Part shown: positions 11,383 to 22,337 of the stretch, piece after piece
Numbering within the stretch: the stretch's first letter is position 1
Layout: every line of letters starts with the position of its first letter
From: an uncultured Bacilli bacterium
GTDB taxonomy: Bacteria > Bacillota_I > Bacilli_A > RFN20 > CAG-826
Direction of reading: 5' to 3'
DNA length: 55,925 nucleotides
NCBI GenBank assembly: GCA_944336335.1
Contig: CALVLC010000024.1
Location: 1-55,925 of the forward strand
Translations under genes and position numbers: made by a program
The notes under the pieces: model-generated
Databases searched by the model: none
What the model was told of the DNA's origin: nothing
What the model saw: the letters and a program-made list of their open reading frames with translations, nothing else

Positions 11383-11982
11383 ATGGAAAAAGTATTAAGA
11401 ATTTGTGTTGCAACTAATAACGATCATAAAATGAGTGAATTAAGAGCTATTTTTAAAGATTATTCAGTCGAATTATTCTCTTTAAAAGATCTTAATATTG
11501 ATGTAAATCCAGATGAAAACGGAAAAACATATGCTGAAAATGCTTTTATTAAAGCTAGCGCTGTTGCTAAATTTACAAATCTTCCAGTTTTAAGTGATGA
11601 TTCTGGAATTGAAATTGATGCATTAGGTGAAAATGTTCCTGGAATCTATTCACATCGATATGCTGTTGAAAATGGTGGCCAAGAAAAAGTAAACAAGATG
11701 CTAACTGAAAAGTGTGCCGATTCAAAAGCTCACTTTACTTCTCACTTTGTTTTATTAAATCTTACACCAAATTCTAGACATGATTTTGAAGGCGTGGTTA
11801 ATGGAAAAATTGCAGGCGAAGTCAATGGCCAAGGTGGTTTTGGCTATGACCCTATTTTTATTCCAGAAGGATATAATGTTACTATTGCTGCAATTTCTGC
11901 CGATGAAAAAAATCATATCTCTCATAGATATAGAGCTTCTATTGCATTATTAAATTTCTTGAAAAACGAAAAATATATCTAA
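11383..11982 (+). CDS. rdgB: Non-canonical purine NTP pyrophosphatase (HAM1/RdgB)
   Basis: ATNNDHK, SDDSGI, GFGYDPIF, KNHISHR. Confidence 0.96.
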   Translation: MEKVLRICVATNNDHKMSELRAIFKDYSVELFSLKDLNIDVNPDENGKTYAENAFIKASAVAKFTNLPVLSDDSGIEIDALGENVPGIYSHRYAVENGGQEKVNKMLTEKCADSKAHFTSHFVLLNLTPNSRHDFEGVVNGKIAGEVNGQGGFGYDPIFIPEGYNVTIAAISADEKNHISHRYRASIALLNFLKNEKYI

Positions 11983-11985
11983 GTT

Positions 11986-12870
11986 TTACGACTTTTTCTT
12001 GTTAAGAAAGAGAAAATAATAAATTAAATAACCTGCTATACCAAGAACAAGAGGTATAAGAATTAAATAGTAGTAAAGATTATTTCCTAAAACTGAGCCA
12101 AGAATTAAAAATACAATAATCAATACCGCCATCAAAATTTCAAAGCCCATAGTATATCGATATTTTTTAAGTCCTTCAGTATTTGCAACAACAATTCGAT
12201 TATCGTCTAAAGTTTCTTCTTGATCCAAAACTTCATGATTAATTTCTTGAAATGATTTTACTTTTTCTTCAAGTTCATTTAATTCTTTATCCATATCATG
12301 GTCTTGATAGAATACATTTTTTTCATCTTCACTACAAATTGTAATTGCGTCTTTAAAATAATTAACAAGAGTTGAAATATCTTTTAAACCTTGTTCATAA
12401 TTATCTAAATATAAGCGAGATATACATTTGCCTTCTTTAAATAATCTCTCATTGGATTCAGCTAAAAATCTTTTTGTTTCTTTAATAACGTCTTCCATAA
12501 ATGATAAAAATAAGAAAGTATTTTCATCATTTAAGTAAATATCATATTTATCAATAATTGGAATGATTTTATCAAAATTTAAATTAAGAAAGTCTTGTTT
12601 ATATAAAGTGGCTAAAGCAATTCCGATAATAGAAGATAAATCATCCTTTTTAATTTCTAAACATTGGTTAAAAAGTTCAATGGCTTTATCGTAATCACCT
12701 TTTTGATTAAGATAAGCAAAAGCTGTTTTAGAAATTTGACCAAATTGTCGATCAAAAAGTTTCTTTCCTTGTTCAAGAGAAAATGTTGTTCCACATTCTG
12801 AACAAAAAACACTGCTTTTATTTAAATTAGTATCAATAACTTTTCCACATTTAGGACACATTACTTTCAT
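11986..12870 (-). CDS. Hypothetical membrane protein: N-terminal zinc ribbon, TPR-like helices, two C-terminal TM helices
   Basis: CPKC..CSEC; GDYDKAIELFNQCLEI; hydrophobic C-terminus. Confidence 0.75.
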   Translation of the reverse strand: MKVMCPKCGKVIDTNLNKSSVFCSECGTTFSLEQGKKLFDRQFGQISKTAFAYLNQKGDYDKAIELFNQCLEIKKDDLSSIIGIALATLYKQDFLNLNFDKIIPIIDKYDIYLNDENTFLFLSFMEDVIKETKRFLAESNERLFKEGKCISRLYLDNYEQGLKDISTLVNYFKDAITICSEDEKNVFYQDHDMDKELNELEEKVKSFQEINHEVLDQEETLDDNRIVVANTEGLKKYRYTMGFEILMAVLIIVFLILGSVLGNNLYYYLILIPLVLGIAGYLIYYFLFLNKKKS

Positions 12871-12885
12871 ATCATTAACTTTCCT

Positions 12886-15800
12886 TTAAACTTGATAAAA
12901 TACATTTTCCCCTTCAACTTTAATAAAATTCTTTACACTAGCGAAATCAATTGATAAAAGAATAATCTCTTTCATTGTATCGCCTACTTTATTAAAACCA
13001 AAAGCAGAAACAACATATTTTATCAATTCATCTTTAGTTAATGAAAGTTTATTTTTCATGATATCTCGAATTGCAACGATAATTTCTTCTTTTGGAATAT
13101 CGATAAATTCACGGTATTTAGAACCAACACGATAATAACCAACTCGTTCCTTGTCCTCTTCTTTATCCCAATAAAATTTCATATCGTTAGTATAATTAGA
13201 AGGTTTGTTATAAAGGAGTTCAGAAAATACTGCTTTAGTAGTTTTGGTATTTTTGCTTATTGAAAATTGATTTAAAACTTTTTTAACTAAAAGCCTTTCG
13301 CTGATTGGGCCTTCATTTCTTATAAAAAAGTTAATTACACTTTTGGTGCGTGTTTCTTTTTCTTCGAAAAATAATTCACTATCAGTTTCTCTTGATGGAT
13401 AACTTGATGAAACGTAATCAATTGAATGATTAAAATCATCTTGATTGTCTTCTTTTTCAAAAGTTATTTTTCTCTTTGGACTTTTTTTAATTGTTTGTGA
13501 ATCATCTGGATTATTAATTGCTTCAATAATCTTATCAATTACTAAATTTGGCGAATCAAAATAATCCAAAGACCAAATTCGAATAATTCGCCGCCCAAGT
13601 TGATTTAATACATCGGTTTGAACAACGTTACGATCTTTACTTGTTTTTGAATTGATATAACTTCTTGAGTCACATAGAACGCCAAGAATATATTTATTTT
13701 CATCCGTAGGATCAACGATTCCAATATCTACTCTAAATTCACTTGTGCCAATATTAGTATTAACTATATATCCACGTTTTTCTAAATCTTTTGCAATATA
13801 TTTTTCAATTCCTTCTTTATATTCTTTTTGTTCGCCATTTTTAATAACAATAAAATTACGACCCTTATAAGCATAATCAAGGAATTCTTTTAAACCACGA
13901 GCACCCTTCCCTTGAGCACGACTTGTATCGATTTGACTACCTAAAATTGAAGAAAAAACTATCATTTCTTCTCTTGCTCTTGAAACAGCAACATTTAAAC
14001 GCTTTTCTCCGCCAACATTTGAAAGCGGTCCAAAATTAAAGGATAATTTGCCCTCTTTATTACGTGCATAACAGATTGAGAAAATTATTACATCTCTTTC
14101 ATCGCCTTGAACACTTTCAAGATTTTTAACAAAAAGTTCTTCTCTACCATTATATGCTCTATCTTCTAAATCAGGATTTCTTCTAAAAGCATCTTGCAAT
14201 AAATCAAGAATTAAAGTTTGTTGAGAAATAGAAAAAGTTACAACGCCGATACTCTTTTTTGAAAGTTCGTCGTCTTTTAATCTTCTTAAAATTTCTTCAA
14301 CTATAGCTTTAGCTTCGTTTTTATTTTTTCTGTCTTCATAAATTCCATCTTCAATAAATCTAAATGAAATAGAACTATTTATTGATTTAGGCGAAGGGAA
14401 AGTTAAAAGTTTATTATCATAATATTCGACATTAGAGAAAGCAATTAAACTTTCATCTTTACTACGATAATGCCATGTTAAATATTTTTTAGGCATCGAA
14501 ATATTTAAACAATCTGATAAAACACTTTCGCCATCTTCGATAAAGAAATCATCTTCATCGCTAGTGTCGGCTTCAAAAAATCTTGTAGGTGGAAGTTGTT
14601 TTTCATCTCCAACAATAATTGCACTTTTTCCTCTCGCAATCGCTCCAACTGCATCGCTTGTTGTAATTTGACTGGCTTCGTCAAAAATAACAATGTCAAA
14701 TTTCTTATGAGATGGATCAAGATATTGAGCAACACTCAATGGGGACATAAGAAAACATGGGCAGATAGTGTGCAAAATATTTGGAGTTGAATCAAAAAGA
14801 TTTCTAAGACTTATTCCACGTCCATTACTTGAAATAGCTTTCTTTAAAATGACAAATTCTTTAGCCTTCTGACTAGTTTCATCATCTTTTGAGAAAAAAG
14901 TACTCGTTCCTTTTGATAAACGATAGGCAACTTCGCGAATTGTAAGTTCATTATATTTATCAATTAATTTACGATATTCTTCGATTTTTTCATTTTGACT
15001 ACGACCACTAAACATATTAAGTTCTTTGTCGCTTTCAACATCAATGAGAGCAAGATTATAAGAGACATTTTTCTTATAAACATTGATTAAGTCTTCATTT
15101 TTTATAACACCATCTAAATTAAGGCTAATTAAATTGCCAACATTTAATTTTGAAACTGCTTTTTCTTCGTTTCTAAAAATGATGTAATCTTTTAATCTCT
15201 CATTACGATTTATAACTCGATCGATGAGTTCGACATTTTCAGTTAGACTGAATCTATCGAATAAACTTAGAACATCTGTTTTGTATTCTTCTAAAAGATT
15301 ATTTTGAATGTCGATAAGATCTTCATAACAGTTAGCAACTTCTTCATATTTTTTATCAGCACTTACGATAAGTTTTAAAGTGCTTGGTCTTTCCATATTT
15401 ATGAAGCTATCAAGATATTTTGAAAATTCTTGAGTAAGATTTACGTTGCTTAAAATAATGTTAAGATCTGAATCAAAACCGTTATAGTCGTCTTCAAAAG
15501 CAAGTTTCAAATCTCTTTCGTTATCTTTCAAATTGGTTAAGACATCATTAACTAAAGATATATTCTTTAAATGATCTGAAATGTTCTTTTTACTGATAGA
15601 TTTTGGATTTAAAGCATAAAGTTTTAAATCGTTAATAACATTCTTAATTATTCTATTTTTCTTAAAATAACCGAGATTTTGCGCTTGTTTTAGCTTAAAT
15701 TGTGGGTCTTTGTAGTTATAATTAAAGATGTTCTCACTGAAATTATTTTTAAGATATAGATAAGAATCTTTATTCTCAATCATCGATTGAAGAATCGAAA

Positions 15801-18585
15801 CTAAATCAAAAATATATCCTTCAGACTTATTTAAAAGAGAGAAATAAATGTTATCTTTATTGGTGTTAAAATATTTTAAAGAATTAATAAATTCATTAAA
15901 GTTTTTGGAATTAAATGCAAGTTCAGTTTCACAACCTCTATAAAGTTCATCGCATATTTCTTTAAACTCTAATAAGCTTAATTTATATTTCTTTAAAGCA
16001 TTTACAAAATTATTTCTAATTTCAATAGAATATTCATCTAAATTTATAAATGAAAATAAATCGATATATTCTTTACCAATCTCACGCTTATAATTTAGAT
16101 AAGTATTTAAACTATCAATCGTTTGTTGATATGAATTTTTATTGATTTTTGCATAATCAATTCCTTCAACATCAATGTCTTTATAATCATCCTTGAATTC
16201 TTCATACCCGATAATATTTTCATATAAATCAAATCCATTTTTAAATGGCTTATGAAGTTTTTTGATAATTTCATTCAACTCATTTCTTTTAGCTAGTAAA
16301 TCGTTTGCGCATTTTTCATATTCAAATGGTTTCTTAAGTTTTCCAGTTTCTAAAATATTATTAATTTGCTGCAAAACATCTGACTTTTGCGCCTTATTTG
16401 AGTGAAGTTCAATGCAAAACATACCAAGGCCAACTTCATCAAGTCTTCTTTTAACAACCTCAAGAGCAGCCATTTTTTGAGCGACGAAAAGAACGGTTTT
16501 TCCATTATATAAACTATTTATAATCATATTTGTAATGGTTTGACTCTTTCCGGTTCCTGGAGGCCCATTCAAAACAAAACTTAACCCTCTTGACGCATCT
16601 AAAATAGCTTCAGTTTGGCTACTATCAGCGCTTAACGGAATAGCAAATTTATTTGGTAAAAGTAACGAATCTAAATCACTAACTTTTGTTGGTTCAACTT
16701 CATTTTTAAAGACAAAAGAAGGATCAACCAAAGCGTGAACAATATCGTTTTTGATTAATTCTTTTTTATGATTTCTTAAGTCATTCCACATGATAAAACG
16801 TGTGAAACTAAAAATTCCAATAAAAGAAGTTTCGGACAGAATAAAACCATCGATGCCTGTAATTTTGCTTCTTAAAGTATTGAAATATTTTTTAAGGTCA
16901 TAAGTATCGGTCTCATCATCATAAGGGAGCTTTAGTAAACTTGAACAATCAATATCAAAATTAATCTTTAAATATTCAAAAAGAGTTTGGTTGATAACAA
17001 TTTCTTCTTCTCTTAAAGACAAAATATAAGTTCTACCTTCTTTTCCGCGAGAAATATTGACAGGTAAAAGAATGATTGGAGCGTTTTTCATTTTACCCTT
17101 ATCTTTATACACTAAAGTTCCAATAGTTAAGAAAAGTGTGTTACTTCCGCTTTCTTCGATGCTACTTTGAGCATCACGCATTAACTTTTTAACAACAGTT
17201 ACTAATTTCTTTTCGCCAACTATAAGTCTGATTCTGTCATTTGCAAGATCTCCAGCAAACATTTCTTCTTGGTCAGCGCCACTACAAACATAAATTTTAT
17301 CACTCATAGTTAATGAAACTATGTTTAAATAAGAGTGTAAACTTACACTATTGTGGATAAGTTCATCAAATAATTGATAAATATCAGTGGCAAAAATTTG
17401 GAAATGTTGAGTATTTGGTGTAAAACTAACAAGTTTATTTCTTCCGTTTAAATCAAGAAGTTTCTTTTCCCAAACATCAAAACGATCTTTAACATGTTCG
17501 CTTTCTAAAAATCCAGAATCATCAAGATCAAAAATTTCTTCTTTGATTTCAAATGGAGTCGTATCAATAACGTATTTACCTTCACTATTTATTTTTAAAG
17601 GTAAAGGCTTAATATTGGCGTTTCTGGCACTTTTGATATCAACTGCCGAAAATACACTTGTTTTTTTATAAATATTATTTTTCCCACTTGTATAAATTTC
17701 TTTAAAAGTGGTTTCGATTGGATTTGTTATTAAAGTTGTTTCAAGGAGTATTAAATTTTGTGAATTAACTTGATTTATAACATAAGCTTTATCTTCGATT
17801 ACAACATTTGGATAAACAAATTGTTGGAGCCAACATCCTAAATAAGCATGTCCATCTATTAAAATAATTAATGGATTTAACCCAATCGCTTCTAAGCAAC
17901 CAGCCATAAGTAAAGTTGTATCAAGACAAGTAGAAAGTTTTGAATTAATAATTTCAAGTGGCAAACGAATTTTTTGACCATCTTTTTCAAAACTTGTTTT
18001 TGGAACACAATATGAAATTCTAAGTGCTTTCAAAGCATAATAAACACTTGAAATTTGATTTAAAACATCTTCTTTTTTACCACTTTGATAACCGATATAT
18101 TGAAGAGAATTATTCGTCAATTCAGCTAAATATTCACTTCCAGAGTGTAAAATATCTTTGATAACATTGTCATTTGGTAAAACAAAACTAGCAATATGTT
18201 GAACACCACAAGTGTTGCCATCCCATTCATCATATGTTAAAACTTCGCTATCGAAAGTTTCTTCAGCTAAAATTTCATCATTTTTTTTAATTGTAACAGC
18301 AATGCTAACTTTAAAAGATTCGTTTAAAGAATAAAAATATTCAAAATCAATTGGAGCTGGGATTTTATCTTCTTTGATTTTTTGATTCTTACCAATATAA
18401 CTAATTCCAAAAGTTATTGGTGTAATAAAAGAAGGGACAAAATTTATAAGACAAGTCAAATCTTTGTATTCGATCTCACTATTATTTTCTATAAAAACGT
18501 TTTCAATGACTTTTTTTCCAGAATTTATTATAGAATAGTTGATTTTTTTCAAAAATTCTAATTCAATTTTAAGGTTATTATTCAT
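12886..18585 (-). CDS. DUF4011 / DNA2-NAM7-like SF1 helicase / Vsr-like nuclease / DUF3320-type multidomain protein
   Basis: WEKKLLDLNGRNKL (DUF4011), GPPGTGKSQT, FDEASQ, GDEKQLPP, WHYRS, VQGDERD, RLNVAVSRAR, FRVDIGI..LCD..IIRIWS; N-terminal TCLD..GHAY segment. Confidence 0.92.
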   Translation of the reverse strand: MNNNLKIELEFLKKINYSIINSGKKVIENVFIENNSEIEYKDLTCLINFVPSFITPITFGISYIGKNQKIKEDKIPAPIDFEYFYSLNESFKVSIAVTIKKNDEILAEETFDSEVLTYDEWDGNTCGVQHIASFVLPNDNVIKDILHSGSEYLAELTNNSLQYIGYQSGKKEDVLNQISSVYYALKALRISYCVPKTSFEKDGQKIRLPLEIINSKLSTCLDTTLLMAGCLEAIGLNPLIILIDGHAYLGCWLQQFVYPNVVIEDKAYVINQVNSQNLILLETTLITNPIETTFKEIYTSGKNNIYKKTSVFSAVDIKSARNANIKPLPLKINSEGKYVIDTTPFEIKEEIFDLDDSGFLESEHVKDRFDVWEKKLLDLNGRNKLVSFTPNTQHFQIFATDIYQLFDELIHNSVSLHSYLNIVSLTMSDKIYVCSGADQEEMFAGDLANDRIRLIVGEKKLVTVVKKLMRDAQSSIEESGSNTLFLTIGTLVYKDKGKMKNAPIILLPVNISRGKEGRTYILSLREEEIVINQTLFEYLKINFDIDCSSLLKLPYDDETDTYDLKKYFNTLRSKITGIDGFILSETSFIGIFSFTRFIMWNDLRNHKKELIKNDIVHALVDPSFVFKNEVEPTKVSDLDSLLLPNKFAIPLSADSSQTEAILDASRGLSFVLNGPPGTGKSQTITNMIINSLYNGKTVLFVAQKMAALEVVKRRLDEVGLGMFCIELHSNKAQKSDVLQQINNILETGKLKKPFEYEKCANDLLAKRNELNEIIKKLHKPFKNGFDLYENIIGYEEFKDDYKDIDVEGIDYAKINKNSYQQTIDSLNTYLNYKREIGKEYIDLFSFINLDEYSIEIRNNFVNALKKYKLSLLEFKEICDELYRGCETELAFNSKNFNEFINSLKYFNTNKDNIYFSLLNKSEGYIFDLVSILQSMIENKDSYLYLKNNFSENIFNYNYKDPQFKLKQAQNLGYFKKNRIIKNVINDLKLYALNPKSISKKNISDHLKNISLVNDVLTNLKDNERDLKLAFEDDYNGFDSDLNIILSNVNLTQEFSKYLDSFINMERPSTLKLIVSADKKYEEVANCYEDLIDIQNNLLEEYKTDVLSLFDRFSLTENVELIDRVINRNERLKDYIIFRNEEKAVSKLNVGNLISLNLDGVIKNEDLINVYKKNVSYNLALIDVESDKELNMFSGRSQNEKIEEYRKLIDKYNELTIREVAYRLSKGTSTFFSKDDETSQKAKEFVILKKAISSNGRGISLRNLFDSTPNILHTICPCFLMSPLSVAQYLDPSHKKFDIVIFDEASQITTSDAVGAIARGKSAIIVGDEKQLPPTRFFEADTSDEDDFFIEDGESVLSDCLNISMPKKYLTWHYRSKDESLIAFSNVEYYDNKLLTFPSPKSINSSISFRFIEDGIYEDRKNKNEAKAIVEEILRRLKDDELSKKSIGVVTFSISQQTLILDLLQDAFRRNPDLEDRAYNGREELFVKNLESVQGDERDVIIFSICYARNKEGKLSFNFGPLSNVGGEKRLNVAVSRAREEMIVFSSILGSQIDTSRAQGKGARGLKEFLDYAYKGRNFIVIKNGEQKEYKEGIEKYIAKDLEKRGYIVNTNIGTSEFRVDIGIVDPTDENKYILGVLCDSRSYINSKTSKDRNVVQTDVLNQLGRRIIRIWSLDYFDSPNLVIDKIIEAINNPDDSQTIKKSPKRKITFEKEDNQDDFNHSIDYVSSSYPSRETDSELFFEEKETRTKSVINFFIRNEGPISERLLVKKVLNQFSISKNTKTTKAVFSELLYNKPSNYTNDMKFYWDKEEDKERVGYYRVGSKYREFIDIPKEEIIVAIRDIMKNKLSLTKDELIKYVVSAFGFNKVGDTMKEIILLSIDFASVKNFIKVEGENVFYQV

Positions 18586-18622
18586 GTCCCACCTCCTTAT
18601 AAATCTAAATAATATTTTAACA

Positions 18623-18636
18623 TGTAAGCGCTTAAT
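18623..18636. promoter_or_regulatory. cre-like site upstream of ldh
   Basis: TGTAAGCGCTTAAT, two mismatches to the cre consensus; ldh is a typical CcpA target in Bacilli. Confidence 0.5.
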
Positions 18637-18696
18637 TAAGCATATTTATTTATAAAAATTTAACTAATAATAAAATGATTTTCGGAGGTAAAGAGT

Positions 18697-19647
18697 ATGG
18701 ACAATAGAAAAGTTGTTATTATTGGTGATGGCGCTGTTGGAAGCACAACTGCATATACTTTATTGCTACAAGATTACGTTAATGAAATTGTGATTATTGA
18801 TCTTAACAAAAGAAAAGTTGAAGGCGATGTTTTAGATATGAAACATGGTATGCCTTTTGTTTCACCTAAAAAATTAAAAGCTGGTGATTATAGTGATTGT
18901 AAAGATGCTCACGTAATTATAATCACAGCTGGCGTTGCTCAAAAAGAAGGCGAAACTCGAATAGATTTACTTAAAAGAAATCTTAAAGTTTTCGATTCAA
19001 TTTTAGAAAATATCAAACCTTATATTGATGATACGATGGTTATTTTAGTTGTCACTAATCCTGTTGATATTTTGAGTTATTACACTTATAAAAAATTAGG
19101 TATTGATTCTAGCCGAGTAATTGGAAGCGGAACTGTTTTAGATAGTGCGCGTTTAAGATTGTTAATTTCTGAAGATACCGAAATTGATCCTCGAAATGTA
19201 CATGCATATGTCATTGGCGAACATGGTGATTCAGAAGTTAGTGCTTTTTCTATTGCTAACATTGCTGAAAGCCCACTACTTGAATATTACACAAACGAAA
19301 GAACAGGCGATCCAAGAAAACGCTTAAATAAACTACATGATGAAGTTAAAAATTCTGCCTATGAAATTATTGATAAAAAAGGTGCTACATTTTACGCAAT
19401 TGCTCTTTCAACAGCAAAAATTGTTGAAACAATTTTGAATAATCAAAAGAGCGTTTTAACCGTTTCAACACTTATTCAAAATAAATTTAATAACGAAATT
19501 AATGATGTTTATCTATCTTTACCAGCCATTGTTGGTAATAAAGGAGTTATTAAAATTCTTTCTTTAAATTATAGCTACGATGAAGTTTTAAAACTTATTG
19601 AAAGTGCTAAAACTTTAAGGAAACAATATAAAGAACTAAATATTTAG
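18697..19647 (+). CDS. ldh: L-lactate dehydrogenase
   Basis: GDGAVG, GVAQKEGETR (Gln specificity residue), TNPVD, GEHGDS. Confidence 0.96.
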   Translation: MDNRKVVIIGDGAVGSTTAYTLLLQDYVNEIVIIDLNKRKVEGDVLDMKHGMPFVSPKKLKAGDYSDCKDAHVIIITAGVAQKEGETRIDLLKRNLKVFDSILENIKPYIDDTMVILVVTNPVDILSYYTYKKLGIDSSRVIGSGTVLDSARLRLLISEDTEIDPRNVHAYVIGEHGDSEVSAFSIANIAESPLLEYYTNERTGDPRKRLNKLHDEVKNSAYEIIDKKGATFYAIALSTAKIVETILNNQKSVLTVSTLIQNKFNNEINDVYLSLPAIVGNKGVIKILSLNYSYDEVLKLIESAKTLRKQYKELNI

Positions 19648-19648
19648 T

Positions 19649-20047
19649 TTAGTTGACTTGATCTTTAACAGTTTTAAAAGCGCCAACTTTTAAAGCACTA
19701 AGCATTATCTCAGCGCTTGAAAGATTAGTCGCAAGAGGTGTATTTGTAACATCGCAAAGTCTTAAAAGCGCATTGACATCTGGCTCATGTGGTTGAGCTG
19801 TTAATGGATCACGCAAAAATATAATTAAATCAAGCGTACTATCTGCAATCATTGATCCAATTTGTTGGTCTCCACCAAGTGGGCCGCTTTTCATACATGT
19901 AATATTTAAATTAGTCGCGTTTGAAACAAGCTTACCAGTTGTTCCAGTTGCGTAAAGTTCATGACCTTCTAAAACACCTTTATAACGAATGCATAGAGCA
20001 ATCATGTCTGGCTTTTTTTGATTATGTGCAATTAAAGCAATTTTCAT
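19649..20047 (-). CDS. mgsA: Methylglyoxal synthase
   Basis: [29 protein letters not shown]. Confidence 0.97.
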   Translation of the reverse strand: MKIALIAHNQKKPDMIALCIRYKGVLEGHELYATGTTGKLVSNATNLNITCMKSGPLGGDQQIGSMIADSTLDLIIFLRDPLTAQPHEPDVNALLRLCDVTNTPLATNLSSAEIMLSALKVGAFKTVKDQVN

Positions 20048-20060
20048 TTTAATAAATCTC

Positions 20061-22337
20061 CTATAATGGTAAATCTTTTTTAGTAAAGACTACACAACCT
20101 ACTAAATATGTTACTACACTAATTGCTAAAAGAGGTATAAGTAAATAATAAAAAGTTGAAGTTCCGTCTAGAATCGATTGAACATCAAATAAACGAATTA
20201 TTGTTAAGTAATTAAAGAAATTCATTGAATCAATCCTTAAAGCGAGAGGCATAACTTCTGAACCAAATAAGCCTAAAATTGAAGAAACTAAGAAGAAAAT
20301 ACTAATTCCTCCACCAACTCCAATTGCATATTTAGTTTTATTAAAGATCGAACTTGATAAGAAACAGATTCCGCTTATAGCAAGAGACACGCAATAAGAA
20401 CCTATAGTGTATAGCGATAAATCTTTTACTGATAAACTTTCTATAAAATCCACTCCACCAAGGGCAATTCCGATTTCTCTAGAAATAAGTGAGAATAAAA
20501 AGAATACTATATACATTGATGTAATAGCGAATATCAAATAAACTGCTTTTGAAACAATGATTGTTTTTCTTTTAAGTGGTGAAGATAAAGTAAATGCGAG
20601 CGAGCCAGTTTCGACTTGTTGAGCAACAAGGCTATTGGCGGTAAGAATTGTATAAACAATTGGCAATAGCAAACCAGCAATTGAAAATAAAATAACACCA
20701 ACTACTAAACCATATAAATTTCTAGAGGCAAGATCATTAAGTTTAAAAGATATGTCAGCTGGAAGTTCGTCAATGAGGCTTGTTGATGCTCGATTTAAAG
20801 CCACAAGCAAAGAATCGATTTGATTTCGACCACTATCAACTTCTTTTTTATATTCTTCTTCAAAAACAGTAATCGCACTTATTGAATAATCGTAAGCTTT
20901 ATTTAAAAGTTCTTTTCCATCTAAGCCAATATTCTCTTTATTAATTTCCTCTAAACTATCAACTTCAAAGAAGGTAGGAATTATGTCTTTGGCATATTTA
21001 TAAACGAAGTCTCCAATTTTAGAAACTATAACTTCGCGCTTAATCTCTCCTGTTGTTTCATCAAGATAATTAGATTTGTTTAAAACAAAATCCTTGTAAA
21101 ACTCAGTTATTTGTGGAGAAAAGATGTCTAAATACTCTTTCGCATCCTCTTTTGCTTTAGTGATTTCTTCTTCAGTATATGGTTCGCCAGTTATTAAATC
21201 TTTATGCATTTTTTCTAAGAAGTTAGAATATAGGCCCATATTTTCTTTCACCGGCACAAGTTTATCACGGTCTTCTAGATTTGTAATTGAAACCTCAACT
21301 TTTTGACTTATTCCATCTATAACTTTCTCTTCATAATATATTGGTTCGCCAAGTTCATTAGTGACATATTTAACTTCAAAGTCAGGTAAAAATTCGTAGT
21401 ACAAATTATCTAATAAAACAGTATCTATTAAATTTTCAATGATTTTTAAATATGTTGCATCTTTATAACCAATTTCCTCACCTTCCAAAATAGTATTATT
21501 CGTGTAAGCTTCAGTGTTAGCTAAATAACTATCTAATAGCGTGAAGATAACATTACTAATAATATCTTTATATTCAGGAAAAACTAAGGAGAAAACATTT
21601 GTCAAAGCATCTTTAATAATGGTTTCTTTGTTGTCTGGATCTTCATTTACGTCGGCTTGAACTAGCTCTATGTAACTAATAATACTTTCTGCAGTTATGG
21701 TTGAATCAGGAAAGTTCTGATTGATATATGAATCAACTAATTCAGTTAACGAATTTTTAATCAATTCTTCCTTTCCTAATGAATCGTTTTCGTAATTTTC
21801 ATCTAGATAATATCCAACAAATTCACCAATAAATTCTCTTTCAAGATCACTCATCGATCCTAAATTTAAAATTGTATCGATTACACCAAGAGTAGTTTCC
21901 TTTGCACTTTCGTGTTTTTCATCATCTGTTTCACCACTTGCAGTACTGAACGCTAGATCATAAACACCATTTATTAGTGTAAGCTGAGTATCATATTCTC
22001 CATTTAATAAATCAACTGCACTGCTTGTTCCTTCATATGCAGTAAAAAGATAATTTTCAGCTTGAGGCATTACGTTTTCGTGAGCTTCAATAATGCCATT
22101 GAAAGCAATATAAGCTCCTGCACTTGATTGCTTTAAAGTATGTTCCATGTTCGCTGTGTTAAACATGTTCAGCATTGATTGTTTGGTTGTGTTTAATGAC
22201 AAAGTAGATAATATTAAAATAACCACTAATGCAATTAAAGCATTACCAATTCCAACAATAAACAAACTTATAAAATTACTTTTAAAACTTTCTTTAAAAA
22301 TCGTAAAAGAAAACCAATTATTTCTTTTCTTCTCCAT
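20061..22337 (-). CDS. ABC-2 type exporter permease with large extracytoplasmic domain
   Basis: One N-terminal plus about five C-terminal TM helices; [16 protein letters not shown]; FTKKDLPL end; downstream of two ABC ATPases. Confidence 0.87.
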   Translation of the reverse strand: MEKKRNNWFSFTIFKESFKSNFISLFIVGIGNALIALVVILILSTLSLNTTKQSMLNMFNTANMEHTLKQSSAGAYIAFNGIIEAHENVMPQAENYLFTAYEGTSSAVDLLNGEYDTQLTLINGVYDLAFSTASGETDDEKHESAKETTLGVIDTILNLGSMSDLEREFIGEFVGYYLDENYENDSLGKEELIKNSLTELVDSYINQNFPDSTITAESIISYIELVQADVNEDPDNKETIIKDALTNVFSLVFPEYKDIISNVIFTLLDSYLANTEAYTNNTILEGEEIGYKDATYLKIIENLIDTVLLDNLYYEFLPDFEVKYVTNELGEPIYYEEKVIDGISQKVEVSITNLEDRDKLVPVKENMGLYSNFLEKMHKDLITGEPYTEEEITKAKEDAKEYLDIFSPQITEFYKDFVLNKSNYLDETTGEIKREVIVSKIGDFVYKYAKDIIPTFFEVDSLEEINKENIGLDGKELLNKAYDYSISAITVFEEEYKKEVDSGRNQIDSLLVALNRASTSLIDELPADISFKLNDLASRNLYGLVVGVILFSIAGLLLPIVYTILTANSLVAQQVETGSLAFTLSSPLKRKTIIVSKAVYLIFAITSMYIVFFLFSLISREIGIALGGVDFIESLSVKDLSLYTIGSYCVSLAISGICFLSSSIFNKTKYAIGVGGGISIFFLVSSILGLFGSEVMPLALRIDSMNFFNYLTIIRLFDVQSILDGTSTFYYLLIPLLAISVVTYLVGCVVFTKKDLPL

